Counted from the first letter of the stretch, positions 12,365-24,202 are shown. The stretch is DNA of 33,539 bases from Nemertoderma westbladi (GCA_032718475.1 JAUCBJ010001469.1:1-33539), one strand, 5' to 3'. Made by a program: numbers and translations. Notes: generated from the sequence alone by a model not told the origin.

Positions 12365-14012
12365 TCTATATATATAAATATCCTCTGTCTGTCTGTGAGT
12401 CTGTGAGTCTGTCCAAGCTATACGCTCCGACACACGAACACCAATCTGAGCGAATGATACATCGATCGAAAGCTCTCGTCCCGAGCACGTAAACTATCGC
12501 TATCTCGAGGCTTATTTTACGCTTATGCTTGCGTGAATGCGTATTTTGTATTCGCTGCAACATGTTGTGTGACAAAATCTCAAAGTGATTCGAATATTCC
12601 TTTTGGCAGTACAGGCCTGGCAAAGCTGAGAGTTAGTTAGCAAGGCAGCTAGCTACTTGCAGACCAATCATAGGTGGCCTGCAGCAGGCTGTGTTGGTTA
12701 AGTAGTAATCTCAATAAATAGGACCCAGCAGAAGAGTGGAGTGGAACTACTGTGATTGGTTCTTGACTTACATTGGTAAGAACAAGCAGTAAATCTTAGA
12801 TTAGCTTTTTTCAGTTCACATGTTTATAATCATAACACAAAATCATTCAATTATTCATTTTTGCAATGTACCGGATGGGTGCTAGCGAGGTAGGCCTAGC
12901 AGGTCGTCAGTCCGTCATCCTACAAGTTGGATCTTGACTCTATCATGTGCATGCATCTGTATGATGCAGACCAACCGTGAACATGAATTGTAAAGGCTAT
13001 CTCGAGGCTGATTTTTTACACATTTACTTGAATCTTGCATGAATGCGTCTTTGAGGTGAAATTGCATTATTCTGCAGTTGTTTTGTTATCGGACAAATCA
13101 CTGGTCAGCAAGCAGGAAATTATAACAGCAGTTATTGCATCATCGTAACCACTCTGTTCTAACTGACACTTTGCAGAAGAAATTCTACCTGACCATAGCT
13201 GTTTGTTTGGAGGACGCCGACCAGTTTGCGGTTCTTCAGTCTGCCACTAGGAGGCGAAATGTCTGAAAGTGAAAATCTTATCCTATTTTGTTATTAATAA
13301 TGATTTTTAGCTGATACTTAGGTCCTTTACACAATATGTTTATAATGTTTTTTTGCTGATACCAAGCAGAGTATACTACACCGTAGGGTGTGTATTTGGG
13401 CTTGCGGAGATGATGACCAATCTACAGTTCCCCAGTCTGCCGCTATTAGGGGATGAAATGTCTCAATGAGGAAACCTACAATTTTGTTGTTTATGAATGC
13501 TTTTTTGCTGATACTTGGCACTTGGCAGAGGACTACTACACCATAGTCTTCGTGTTTGGGGAGGACGCTAACCAGTGCAGAATTATGCAGTCTACCACTA
13601 GGGGGCGAAATGTCTGAAATTAATTAAAACCTTCCATTTTAATACGATAGAGTTGCTGCAGTGACCTACTGCACTATAGGTTATGTTTGCGAGGACGCTA
13701 ACCACTACTCTGCAGTTATACAGTTTTCCACTAAGGGGAAAATATCACCCACAGTTTAAACCTTTTCCAATTTTATTATTTGTAATCCATTGGAGGTGTT
13801 ACTTGGTAGGTATCTACTACAACATAAAGCCTTATGTTTATTATTGTATGTAGCTGCAACTAAAGCGGCATCAGTCTGTTTGTTTGAGAGAATGCTCACT
13901 TATGTAAAGTTTTGTTAAGTTAATTAATTAATTTATTTATGTTTGATATTGTCCATTGATTGATTGACTGTATAGAAGCTTGTGAACTAGAAAGCCGTGG
14001 CCGAAGGCCACG
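12365..14012 (+). mobile_element. Diverged A-related Helitron-like element (C) with a short degenerate array and truncated 3' hairpin
   Basis: Starts TCTATATATATAAATATC; aligns with the A1 5' region and 3' end; ~4 monomers (CCACTAGGAGGCG 13244, CCACTAGGGGGCG 13595); ends CGTGGCC-GAA-GGCCACG with no terminal CTAG. Confidence 0.75.
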
Positions 14013-14033
14013 TCTAATATATATAAATATCGA

Positions 14034-14065
<32 letters not shown>

Positions 14066-14819
14066 GTGTTTGTCATCGGCTATACAATCGAACCCATCTC
14101 GATGAAATCTCGCTTGCTATAGCTCGTTAGAAAGGTCTCGCTCTAACTCGTTGCAACGTAATACTCAGAGTCGTCTGAAGTTCGCCCGTCTGCCGCTAGA
14201 GGGCGATTTTCGTGATTTTCGGGCGAAATTTATCGAATTATTTCGGTTCTTCTATCGGTAATTAATTATTTAGAGGGCTAACATTTATCCCATCTGGTAT
14301 AAAATTAACATGGGTAGATTCGCCGTGTCCCATTCTCACAAAGTTTTTATTTTATTCGAGTGTTTAATATAAATATGTATGATTATTTATTGATTAAAAA
14401 CCAAATAGTGTATAAATATGTCATATTCGCCAAGCACGATCGAATTGGCCTATTCTTAGTGCTGTAGTGAATAGGGAAGGATTTTTTTCTGTATCATAGC
14501 AACGTTAAGGTAATTATTGAAATCGCAGCTAGCTGGGCACAGATAAGGAGCAAGCCAGGTTGTAGTGTTGATTGGGGTGGGTTTGGGTTGTCTGTTGCGA
14601 ACTGCTCAAGTGTAATTCTGCTTTCTCAATCATTGGCTGCATGGAAGGAGAGGTTTATAACATTTTTGTTTTACTGTTATGAATATTAAAAGTAAAATAA
14701 TTATTTCTGTAGGCCTACACTTACTGTATTATTATTTTATCTAATATTATACATCTAATCTCGATGAAATCTCGCTTACTATAGCTCGTTAGATAGGTCT
14801 CGCCCTAACTCGTTGCAAC
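14013..14819 (+). mobile_element. 3'-truncated subfamily B Helitron-like element (B3)
   Basis: Matches the first ~800 bp of B1/B2 and breaks off after CTCGTTGCAAC. Confidence 0.85.
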
Positions 14820-16172
14820 TACTTCCACTTCAGTAACGGGCCATGGATTGTAGGTCTTGTTAAAATATGTTTTTAAGTAAATATCCCAACTTTTATTCGA
14901 TCCTGGTAGGGCTGATACGTGCAAATATATACAGAAAATGAATGAATGAATAAACCAAGCATTAAAAACCTCTCTATCTAAGTTCGGTATCCAGGGAAGG
15001 AAGACTTTATTATCCAGTGGGATATAAAGTGCTCCTTGAGCTAATATGTGAAAAATAATAACCAAAATACCCATAAAACCTTAGCCACCTGACCACCCTG
15101 TAATCTTAAATTATTGATGCAGAACTCATTCTTGGAAAATGTTGGCACTGTCAACACTACTGTTTCTTTCTTGTCTGGACATGGATGGTACTGTGTAGGC
15201 AAGCATGACAGCTCCCATGAATACAAGTACATGTACTCCAATCGTGATCTCTGCGACATTGACTTTGCTGATAAAACCCAAACTCTGCCGATGTCCTCTC
15301 CCAAACGGTCCAAAGGGGCCATTGGGATCAAGAACACAGTAAGAGTCACAATGCAAAAGACTTTTGGGCATTAATCTCATACTGAAGTAATTGATCAAAT
15401 GACTTAATCTCCACACAATGTGGTAGTGCTCGAAAGTTGACCTCAAACTCTCAGTGAAACATGATTAATACCAGGATTGGCCGAAACCAAAAACAACCTC
15501 TCGTGAATGACTGGATCCGAGGTTGTGTCAACAAAATCAATTATCACCTCGATCAAAGGGTCGGGTTATCTGGAGTTTCCGTTAAACCCATGTTAACTGT
15601 GCACGTGGTCGTGATACAAACACAATGGCCAACGAGATTCAGTGATTGAGATACAATGAGATTCAACTTCAAACACCAACCGCTATACACTGTTTACAGC
15701 TTCCATCATCCTCACTTAAGCAGCATACCTATTCGATAGCATTTGATTAGTTCAAGTGCATTGCTATACCAGCGAGGTATCTATCTGAGCTCCACCGTGT
15801 GCAAAATCGCACAGTTTATTGGCTGGCTATCAATTAACTGTGGCTTTGAGAATGGAGGCGGCTGATTCCCATTTCCCAATAATATTATGACTAAATCCAC
15901 ATTACCCAACAATATGATGACTGAATACTATCTGCAGTGAATTAATATCGTACATGAATAATATCAGCAGTTAAACCCGTGATGAATGAATTTCCTACTC
16001 TAAATTAATATATTTGGAAGAGCATTGGGTTTTTTTAACTACGAAGCTTCAAACTTCAATACACATTCCTTTGGAAAAAACCTGGGGGACAGTATTGAGA
16101 TACTAAAGAAGGTATCTAGTTATCTAATATTTAGTAGCCGCCATTTCTTACACCAGTCTATGAAACTGATAT

Positions 16173-16495
16173 ATAATTAAAGTGCATTTACCATATATAG
16201 ATACAATAATTATTGATTTAATTATAGATAGTCCTCTGCAATTATGGGGGGACTTCAATGCAGATCCTGCCAAACGACTTTTTGGCTCATATTTACAGTC
16301 ATTTGTATCAGAATTAGGATTAAAATGGACATATAATGAGCAGTTGCCAAGCGACACTTAAACATATATAAGTGCTGAGCATTATACCACATAATGGGTA
16401 GATCACATTATTCGTACAGGGTCTCTTGACTCTCCTATTTTTACTGTTTCTAGTTTGCCTTCTTTGCTATGCGATCACCATATGCCGATTTCTTT
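16173..16495 (+). pseudogene. Decayed APE-type endonuclease domain of a non-LTR retrotransposon (CR1/L2-like)
   Basis: Manual translation gives IIKVHLPY ... GDFNADPAKRLFG ... T*TYISAEHYTT*WVDHII ... CDHHMPISL, i.e. the GDFN, TY, DHI and (S)DH motifs, with in-frame stops. Confidence 0.75.
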
Positions 16496-16715
16496 ATATT
16501 TTCTTTAAGGTCCAATTTATATAATAATATTTTTGATAATAGTGTACGATTTACGAATGTTACCTACGATGCTAATAGGAATAAAATCTACATTGGGCTG
16601 GGAGAATGCATCTCCGATTGATAGATTGATAGGCCTATAATCATAAAAGCCAGGTAGAAATTGAATTAGGTAAATTGTGTATTCAAAATTCAGCTTTTAG
16701 GTGAAATAGTTAATA

Positions 16716-17195
16716 TATCGTTTCCTTGAGGCAGTGCAGGAGGACCAGATGGGATGCGGTGACAGATTCTAAAGGACCTTGTCAGCCCACTAACGGCAAG
16801 GCGGCAGAGCCCTCCTTGCTTCTCTGTCTCACATTATTGCTGGCGAAGTACCAGTTGTCATCCGACCACATTTCTTTGGGGCGAACCTCTTTGCCTTTAT
16901 GAAGACAGGTCCCCCACCTGTCTTCGTAAAGGCAAAGAGTAGTAGGAGTTGCTCTTTGGCGCTTGTGTTTGAAGTTTGCTTTGATTGTACTTACTCCTAT
17001 TCATTTGTCCATCTTGGTATCTGGTGTAAGTTGGGTGCAGAAAGCAGCGCATGCTGTGAGAATGCTGGTGACAGGGGATATCAGCAAGGTATGGTGTTGC
17101 TGAAAATAGATTTCAGTAATGCCGTAACTCCATTCGAAGGGATGCCTCGAAACTCGATGCTCGAAACTATCCATGAGTATCATCCCTCTATCAAA
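16716..17195 (+). pseudogene. Decayed reverse-transcriptase N-terminal region of an RLE-type (CRE-like) non-LTR element
   Basis: SFP*GSAGGPDGMR*QILKDLV / IIAGEVPVVIRPHFFGANLFA / HLGIWCKLGAE / VLLKIDFSNA, with frameshifts and stops. Confidence 0.7.
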
Positions 17196-18234
17196 AATTT
17201 ACCACCTCATCATAAAAGGGAGGATATGTGGACTGTTGATAAACAGTGTTAGCGCATTTTACAAAAAAGACGTTTTTAACCCCTATCTTGTACTTTTTCA
17301 CTCTCTCTGATCGTTTTCGTAGAGTATGTAAGAATTCGAGTAAAAGGCCCAGTCTGAAACGGTAATGGCGCTAATGTACCTTCAATAGAAGGCCGCTCGA
17401 GTGAATCACTTTTAGTCCCTCTTCCCCATAACTGTATCGATTTGCTCAATGCTTTGCTCAGTCTATAACGGTAATTGATCATCTATTATATTTAACTAGT
17501 ACCACGAGGGTGTGGCGGCTCAATACAATAAGTAAATGTTTGACTAATTATTTACGTAAGGGCTCAAGTCTGGTAATGTATTTCTATTTAGGGAAAATGT
17601 ATTTTCACTATTGTTATCTGTTTATATAATTATTATCGCTACGGTACTCAATTTATGACAAAGCTGAATCGCGATGTTATCAATATTAAGAGCTTCGCTT
17701 GCATTACAGGTCGGAAATATCGCCATGAGGTAATTATTTATTGGGTTAGAGGTAAGACAACACATATAAGTCTGACACGATTGTCCAGATCATCAATAAT
17801 GTTTAGCTATAGAGACCTACCTGGGTTTGGTGTCTAGAAAATGTCTTTAATCTCGATGTAACGGCGATATTATATTAATCAAGTAACAGAAGCAAATGAA
17901 GTGAATTTACCGGTATAATATCAAATATTAAAACAAATAATTATAACCAACAAACGTATAATTTAATTACAGATAACAGATTAACCAAATAACAAAAGTA
18001 ATAATTACCAGTCAATTAAAGTTGACCGGGGTTTTTACTCTTTACATGTTATTAGTTTGACTCTACAAAACAATTAATGATAAAGAGAATAGAGTGAGGG
18101 CAATGAATTGAGCCTGTAGCTTTATACACCCATAATAATGTGCAATGTGCTGTGCAGTTGTTAATTGAATTTTATTTGTTATACCTTTTTGTGATTTCAG
18201 TAATATATATAGCAGCCCGGCTCTGTGTAGTACC

Positions 18235-18330
18235 TTTATTGTATATGTGTGTATATTTGAATACTGTATGTATGTGTGTGTGTATGTACTGTCTGTATGT
18301 ATATGCGCTGTATGTGTTGTGTATAGCATA
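18235..18330. repeat. TG/TA-rich low-complexity tract
   Basis: Degenerate (TATG/TGTG)n. Confidence 0.7.
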
Positions 18331-19249
18331 CAGTAGTTACAGGTAAATTAATATGTTTTCTGTGCAATATCTACTGTATATTAAAATCCTTATTTTTATG
18401 TAGGGCGAGGCGGTCTACAGTAGGTAAGTCAGTCTGTCTAAGACAGCTGTTTGATTATAGACGCTTATTCACCTTAATCATCAGTATCGTGTACTATGTA
18501 TTGCGTATACTGCCTTCGTAGCCCTAATAAGGCTTAGAAGTATTTGTGAATCTTATCTTATCTTATCAGTGACGCCGCCTAGACTTACAAATCCGGTATT
18601 CAAGTCAAGTTGACTGTTTATATAATACGACACTAGGTGGCATCAGGCCACAATCAACCTATATCAGGCCACAATATATATGTAAATATATATGTATATA
18701 TATATACATAAATATAAATGGAAATTTAAACTTAAACTTAAACCGAGCAAAAATAAGTAAACTAAAACCGCAAAAACACTTTTGCGTTAACAAACAGGAA
18801 GAGCGAGTTGTTATTCCTAGGATGGAGACAGAGAAGTCTCGCTCACAGATCAGTGTGGAGTTATATGCCATCTGTCCTGGCATTCAGTACCCTCCGCTTG
18901 GCCAGTTTGCCATGCGGAGTACCCCAATAGGAGACACGACCATCACTTCTTGTCTGAGGACTAAGGTGGGCGACCTCTCCACTCTTGTTACCAGGATCCC
19001 ATTTCTTGATGCCTACCCTGGGTTTTTCCCTCTGAAGAACTCGTTCGCGATTCCTCGGCTGATGTACTTTCTATAGAAAGCTCTGTGCTTTCGATTCCCA
19101 GGTGAGCTCATGGCTTATTACAGGGTTCTCCGGAGTGCCATCCAAGATGTCACATAGATGACCCTGCCTTGTCCCAAGTCTGCGCATACACGTGGACATG
19201 TCATATAACATGACATGACATACAAGATATGTCACATCACTATCCGGAT

Positions 19250-20560
19250 GACGTCAACATAAATCGATGCATTTATATGCCCATTTACTTTGTAGCCATT
19301 CTGGAAACTTTCTGGCGATCTATCGGAGGTTGAGGATATTGTTTACCTGATCCTCCTTCTTTAGAGGTTTCAAACTATAATATGTCTCTTTCAAAGAATC
19401 CGAGAACTCCTGTATATTTTGAGGATCACCTAGTGAACTTGCATCTTGGACAAGTTTCTCCAGAGTTTTATCAATGATGGTTCCTGTTCCCATATCATTA
19501 ATTTAAAGCTTCCCACGCATCTCTATACGCATCATCCACGCCGCCTTCAAAGCAGTGGATCAACACCCTGGGTTTATCACCAAGGTATTGCGATAAGTAA
19601 AAGAGTTTTTGGGCGTCTGTTCTTTTGGTCGATCCTATCTGTGCTAAGATATACTTTTTATAACTAATAAAAGTCTGTATGGTCTCTGTTGAAACCACAG
19701 ATCTCCATTTTAGGCTTAGAGAGATGATTTTCTAGCGCTGTGATTATACTCACGTCAATCGATGTAGGTTTACATGGAGTGTTGAAATGTCCTGGGATGC
19801 CGCTCGCATATGAGGGCTCCACTCGAGTTTCGGATCAGCATGTATTATTTTGCCATGATTGTTGGGGTGTTGACGTGACTGGTTCCATGATGGGTATCGG
19901 GTCAGCACCACGGTCCGAGTCCCTTTCGGGCTCATAGTGGTAGGTGCCATTCATCAGCTGATCATCATCCAGTCGCTCTCCAGAAGGTGTTGTAAGGTTT
20001 TCCAAGTGCTTTTAAGGCTCGTACTGAACATTATGACTTCCCTGGTTCTCTTCTATATGAGGGTAGAACACTGGAGCTCTGGGTGAGAGGTTGGAGGTTT
20101 TAAGGGTAGGTTTCCCAGTTTCTAGTTCATTGAAAGGAAGTATTTTTTGCAACTCTGGAATGGGGATGTATTTGTATTCACTTTCAATCCCTCTCTCTTT
20201 GTCCTCTTCGATCTGAAGGTCTTCGGTTTGTAATTGGCCAATTTGGCATCATCCATACTTCCCTTTTGAATCATAGTTTTCTCCGCTTTTATCTCCCTGG
20301 CACAATGTTCTGCATCCCATTTGTGCTATGGAAGTTGTGCTATGGAAACTAGACTCAGATTGTCTAGCGGAGTGGCGACTTCTTCTCATGGAGGACTGTC
20401 TCGTGGTGACCATGGATGCGGTTTCCACCGTACTTTCTATTTTGTAGTGTTACTGTTCCTCGTAGCTCCTTACGAGCTGTATAATCCAAGTATGTTGTTT
20501 ATGGAATTCATCAAGGAATCGCAGATGTTCCTCGAGTTTCGGCTGGGGTCTATCATAGCT
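19250..20560 (-). pseudogene. Decayed BEL/Pao LTR-retrotransposon gag
   Basis: Minus-strand NLSPRAPVFYP (~20060-20100), LSKPKMEICGFNRD, KLFYLSQYLGDKPRVLI...AYRDAWEALN resemble the BEL gag DUF1759 region; frameshifted. LTRs not located. Confidence 0.65.
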
Positions 20561-21366
20561 ATTTTTTAAATGTAAATAATTACTCACGACCATAGCAACC
20601 AGAGATTTCCCTCTTTTACACTAATTGCTGGGTTGCTAGGTTAGGTTTCCCCTACACCTACTCCTACACCTACACATTACCTACACACGTTCATGGGGCC
20701 AACGCGCAGGACGAGGGTCAGTTATTAGATACTGATTAAAATTGAGCAATTCTATCCCAAAATCGGTACTTAATTTAAATAAATAATTAAGAAAATGTAA
20801 CCCAAACTTTTACTTTAAAAAAAACTTTCGCATTGGCAGCTTAGCATCGATCTCATAGAAGTCCACAGTCAAACTACTCAAAAAATTCAATGCATTCTTC
20901 AGTCCTCGGGTCTCGCTCATCGGTTAGTCCAGTTTGCCCGTAGCACTAGCGCAGTAGCGATACCAAAAGTCGAGGTCACCAACGACACTGCGACAGACAG
21001 AGGCGGTGGTCTTGATGGCGAGTTGTTTGAGTACCGGTACAATTCCAAAACGTTGCTGGGTATTGCAGTATTGGGCTGTTGGGGTGCCTAGTGCAGTTAG
21101 TAGTGGATACCGGAACATGGAATAAAGGTCAGCTGGTACAGTACAACCTGACAATATGCAGTCAGTCTTAAGTCCGCATAATTTCAAAACTTCCCAGATA
21201 TTGCAGTACAGCAGTAGCAGTACCACACTGACAGACTGACAACCAGCCTAGAAAGCTAGGCCTAGCTAAGCTAACCTATTTTGAGCCTTCGCGATGCACC
21301 ACAATTAAAATTATAACAATATAACACATTAATGAAAGATCAATGACTCAAGAAAGAACTTCCTGC

Positions 21367-21419
21367 AAACAGTTCAAAACTACAAGTGCATAGTATGCAC
21401 TTGTAGTTTTGAACTGTTT
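21367..21419. repeat. Perfect 53-bp palindrome (26-bp arms, 1-nt centre)
   Basis: AAACAGTTCAAAACTACAAGTGCATA-G-TATGCACTTGTAGTTTTGAACTGTTT. Confidence 0.95.
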
Positions 21420-21426
21420 AAACTAG

Positions 21427-21486
21427 TTCGCCTGCCTTATTAACATAAGCATAACCATGAAGTTGTTACCATATTATGGAAATCTT
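21427..21486 (+). repeat. Exact 60-bp duplicate of the P450 start region (second copy 21681-21740)
   Basis: TTCGCCTGCC...ACCATGAAGTTGTTACCATATTATGGAAATCTT occurs twice, 254 bp apart. Confidence 0.95.
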
Positions 21487-21710
21487 CGATCCAATGTAAA
21501 ATAAACTTGTATGTAATAAACTGTATTACCGGTCTGTATTGTTAGATATTATGCTTTGTTTTATAAACCAAATTTATTTATTGTAATAAATTTGTATAAT
21601 AATACATTAGATTAATTCTCGCAAAAAATATAATTGTCAAATTTGACTAATACAGAGTTGTGCTGATCGATCTTGTAAGTTTCGCCTGCCTTATTAACAT
21701 AAGCATAACC

Positions 21711-23111
21711 ATGAAGTTGTTACCATATTATGGAAATCTTACACCTGGAGATTGTTTAAATATTTTCAATCATAAACAAATGGAATGGCGAGGTGATCAA
21801 AATCTTATAACATCATCGATTCGCTATTACCACGGGCCTTTTGGAAACAACCACCAGGAGTCTATGGCACCAGGAAGGAAGTATAGACAGCTGTTAAAAA
21901 TCACATCGAATCTTTTACTAACATTTACCCACGAAAGGATAGGTGACATTATTGACAGAAGGGTAAAGGAGTGGATAATTTCAAACCAGAAAATAGGTGT
22001 AATATCTACAATAATTCAGGAAGAAGTGAGGTATTTGCTTACTGCAATGTTCTTTGAGCTTCTGTTTCATCAACCGATCTCTAATGAACAATTGGAGATA
22101 TTTTACTCAGCCAATAAAAATTTAAATTCATGCTTTATAGGGACATCATTGAGATCAATGCGAGTTCGTCAAGACATGCATCGGGAATTAAAGAAGTTGG
22201 TTTTGATTTCGGTAAAAAATGGAGATTTTCGGGAGTTTATAGAAGATGATGACGACATTGTAATGCTTACTGAACATTTTGGAACAATGATCTTCTATAC
22301 TGGTATTCAACAGATAATGGAATGCGTCAGTCATAGTATCACTGAAATTCTCAGAACCCATAGGGTTTTTGAGAAATTGGTACCTCTTTTGGAACGCAAT
22401 GCAGATGAATTAGACAGTAACGAAATAATACATGACACATACCTGGATTGGGTAGTCAATGAATCACTCCGATTGTATCCTCAATTCCCAAGGACTGTTA
22501 GACAAGTTGATGAAACATTCACTTACAAGGGTCTGACATTCACAAGAGGAGAGGTAGTGGCTATCGATTTCATTAAATGCAACAATATGATGTGGGATGA
22601 TGGCGACAAGTTCATTCCTGAGAGATGGGAAGACTGGGGTCCACAATCAGTGCCGACAAAGGAGACACCTGGTAAAGGGTACTTTATATCATTTGGTCAG
22701 GGATACAGGAGGGGCTGTCCAGCCAAAACATTTGCTAGACAAGTTACCAAAATAGTATTGGTGGGTTTGTTGTCTCAGGCTACTTTCTACATACCAAAAA
22801 GCTTCATACACATTCCACGCATGGCCAAGGGAGTGCCGGTTGTCGTATCGTTTAATCGTGATGAGAATCCAGGGCATAAGGAGTTAGTGAACCGACTTCT
22901 TGGTAAAGCTGAATCCGAACAGGCCACTCATAACATATTGAATATTCCTCACTGGAGAGGCCTTAGTATTTGGACTGTATGCGCTAAGGTTAAAGCTTAT
23001 GCCGTTAACTTGGACCCCGAGATATTTGTGGCCTTCATTACTGCGACAGACATCTGGATTAGATTTAAATTCAATCAAATTCTACGACATTTTGGTTTAT
23101 TAAGAAAATAA
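21711..23111 (+). CDS. Cytochrome P450, atypical, single uninterrupted ORF (466 aa from ATG 21711; frame also open upstream, GTG at 21660)
   Basis: K-helix ESLR (22461-22472), PERW (22617-22628), heme loop FGQGYRRGCPA (22692-22724); ACCATG context; AATAAA near 23297. Confidence 0.9.
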   Translation: MKLLPYYGNLTPGDCLNIFNHKQMEWRGDQNLITSSIRYYHGPFGNNHQESMAPGRKYRQLLKITSNLLLTFTHERIGDIIDRRVKEWIISNQKIGVISTIIQEEVRYLLTAMFFELLFHQPISNEQLEIFYSANKNLNSCFIGTSLRSMRVRQDMHRELKKLVLISVKNGDFREFIEDDDDIVMLTEHFGTMIFYTGIQQIMECVSHSITEILRTHRVFEKLVPLLERNADELDSNEIIHDTYLDWVVNESLRLYPQFPRTVRQVDETFTYKGLTFTRGEVVAIDFIKCNNMMWDDGDKFIPERWEDWGPQSVPTKETPGKGYFISFGQGYRRGCPAKTFARQVTKIVLVGLLSQATFYIPKSFIHIPRMAKGVPVVVSFNRDENPGHKELVNRLLGKAESEQATHNILNIPHWRGLSIWTVCAKVKAYAVNLDPEIFVAFITATDIWIRFKFNQILRHFGLLRK

Positions 23112-23176
23112 TTTATCTCGTTTCAAACTTGTCTTAAATAGATTAGTGCTTTATGGATATATAGGCCTACAGAGAT

Positions 23177-23258
23177 GTCAAGTCAAGTCAAGTCAAGTCA
23201 AGTCAAGTCAAGTCAAGTCAAGTCAAGTCAAGTCAAGTCAAGTCAAATCAAGTCAAGT
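23177..23258. repeat. (GTCAA)n pentanucleotide microsatellite
   Basis: About 16 units with one interruption, just 3' of the P450 stop. Confidence 0.95.
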
Positions 23259-24202
23259 GAGCTCATATATTTCTTTCCACCAATGTTTATCAGTACAATA
23301 AACTGTATAGTATTATATAGCTGTTTATTAAATTTATTAATATATTTATATTATTATATATAGCACGTTACAATAATATAAATAAAAATAAACATATATT
23401 TTTTGTGCGTTTAATATATATTTTAATAAGAAAACAGTTGCATACGAAGATCGCAGTAGCGGTAAGCTAGTATTGTGACCTTCTGCAGCTTTTTACAAAC
23501 ATCGATGGGTGATTGGTACCAATTGAATCCAGCATGTGCCCCTTACGTTACACAACAATTAGATAATTCAAATTAAAGTTTGCAAAGTATATTGCTCTAA
23601 TTTATATAATTAAATGTTATTTTAAAGGGTGTTAAAGTGAAACAATTTAATAAACTTGTTATTTTCGATATCTTAGTTTGCGGTAGTAATTTATCATTAC
23701 TATAATTCAATAAATATAATTATTTTTAATTTTCTAGCCAGAGTACTTTTTCATTTGCAATTTTTGATTTCAGTTTTTTTCATTATTACATATTTTTGCA
23801 TCAGATATTTTTTTAACGATTGTTATGTATTTATTAGTCTAGTTCGAGGAATAAAAAAATTGTTTGATGTAGTTGAGCGAGTGTTATATGAGTGTCTTTG
23901 TGAAGTTTGGTCAAATAAACGTGATATAAATGCTTGTTTTTCTTTTGATAAATGCACCACATTAATTTTACAGTTTCGAATCTATATAAGCTATGGAATT
24001 ATATCTCAAATAGTTCCGAAAATTTTGAAATATTTAGTTCGAAATTATTTGTATTTTAATTGTATTTTATTGTAATTGTAAATTGTATTGTATTTTAATT
24101 TAATTCTACTTTAATCGTTCAAATTGTTTTATACATCATTCTAAAGTTATATCAGAAAGTCCTTATTTGTATTGGTATAGTTATATTTTCATTAAGCAAT
24201 CA

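Noticed and set aside
20635-20690. Telomere-like TTAGG and CCTACA repeats
   Set aside because: Too few and degenerate to call an interstitial telomere.
23175-23363. 62-aa ORF MSSQVKSSQVK...
   Set aside because: Translation of the (GTCAA)n microsatellite.
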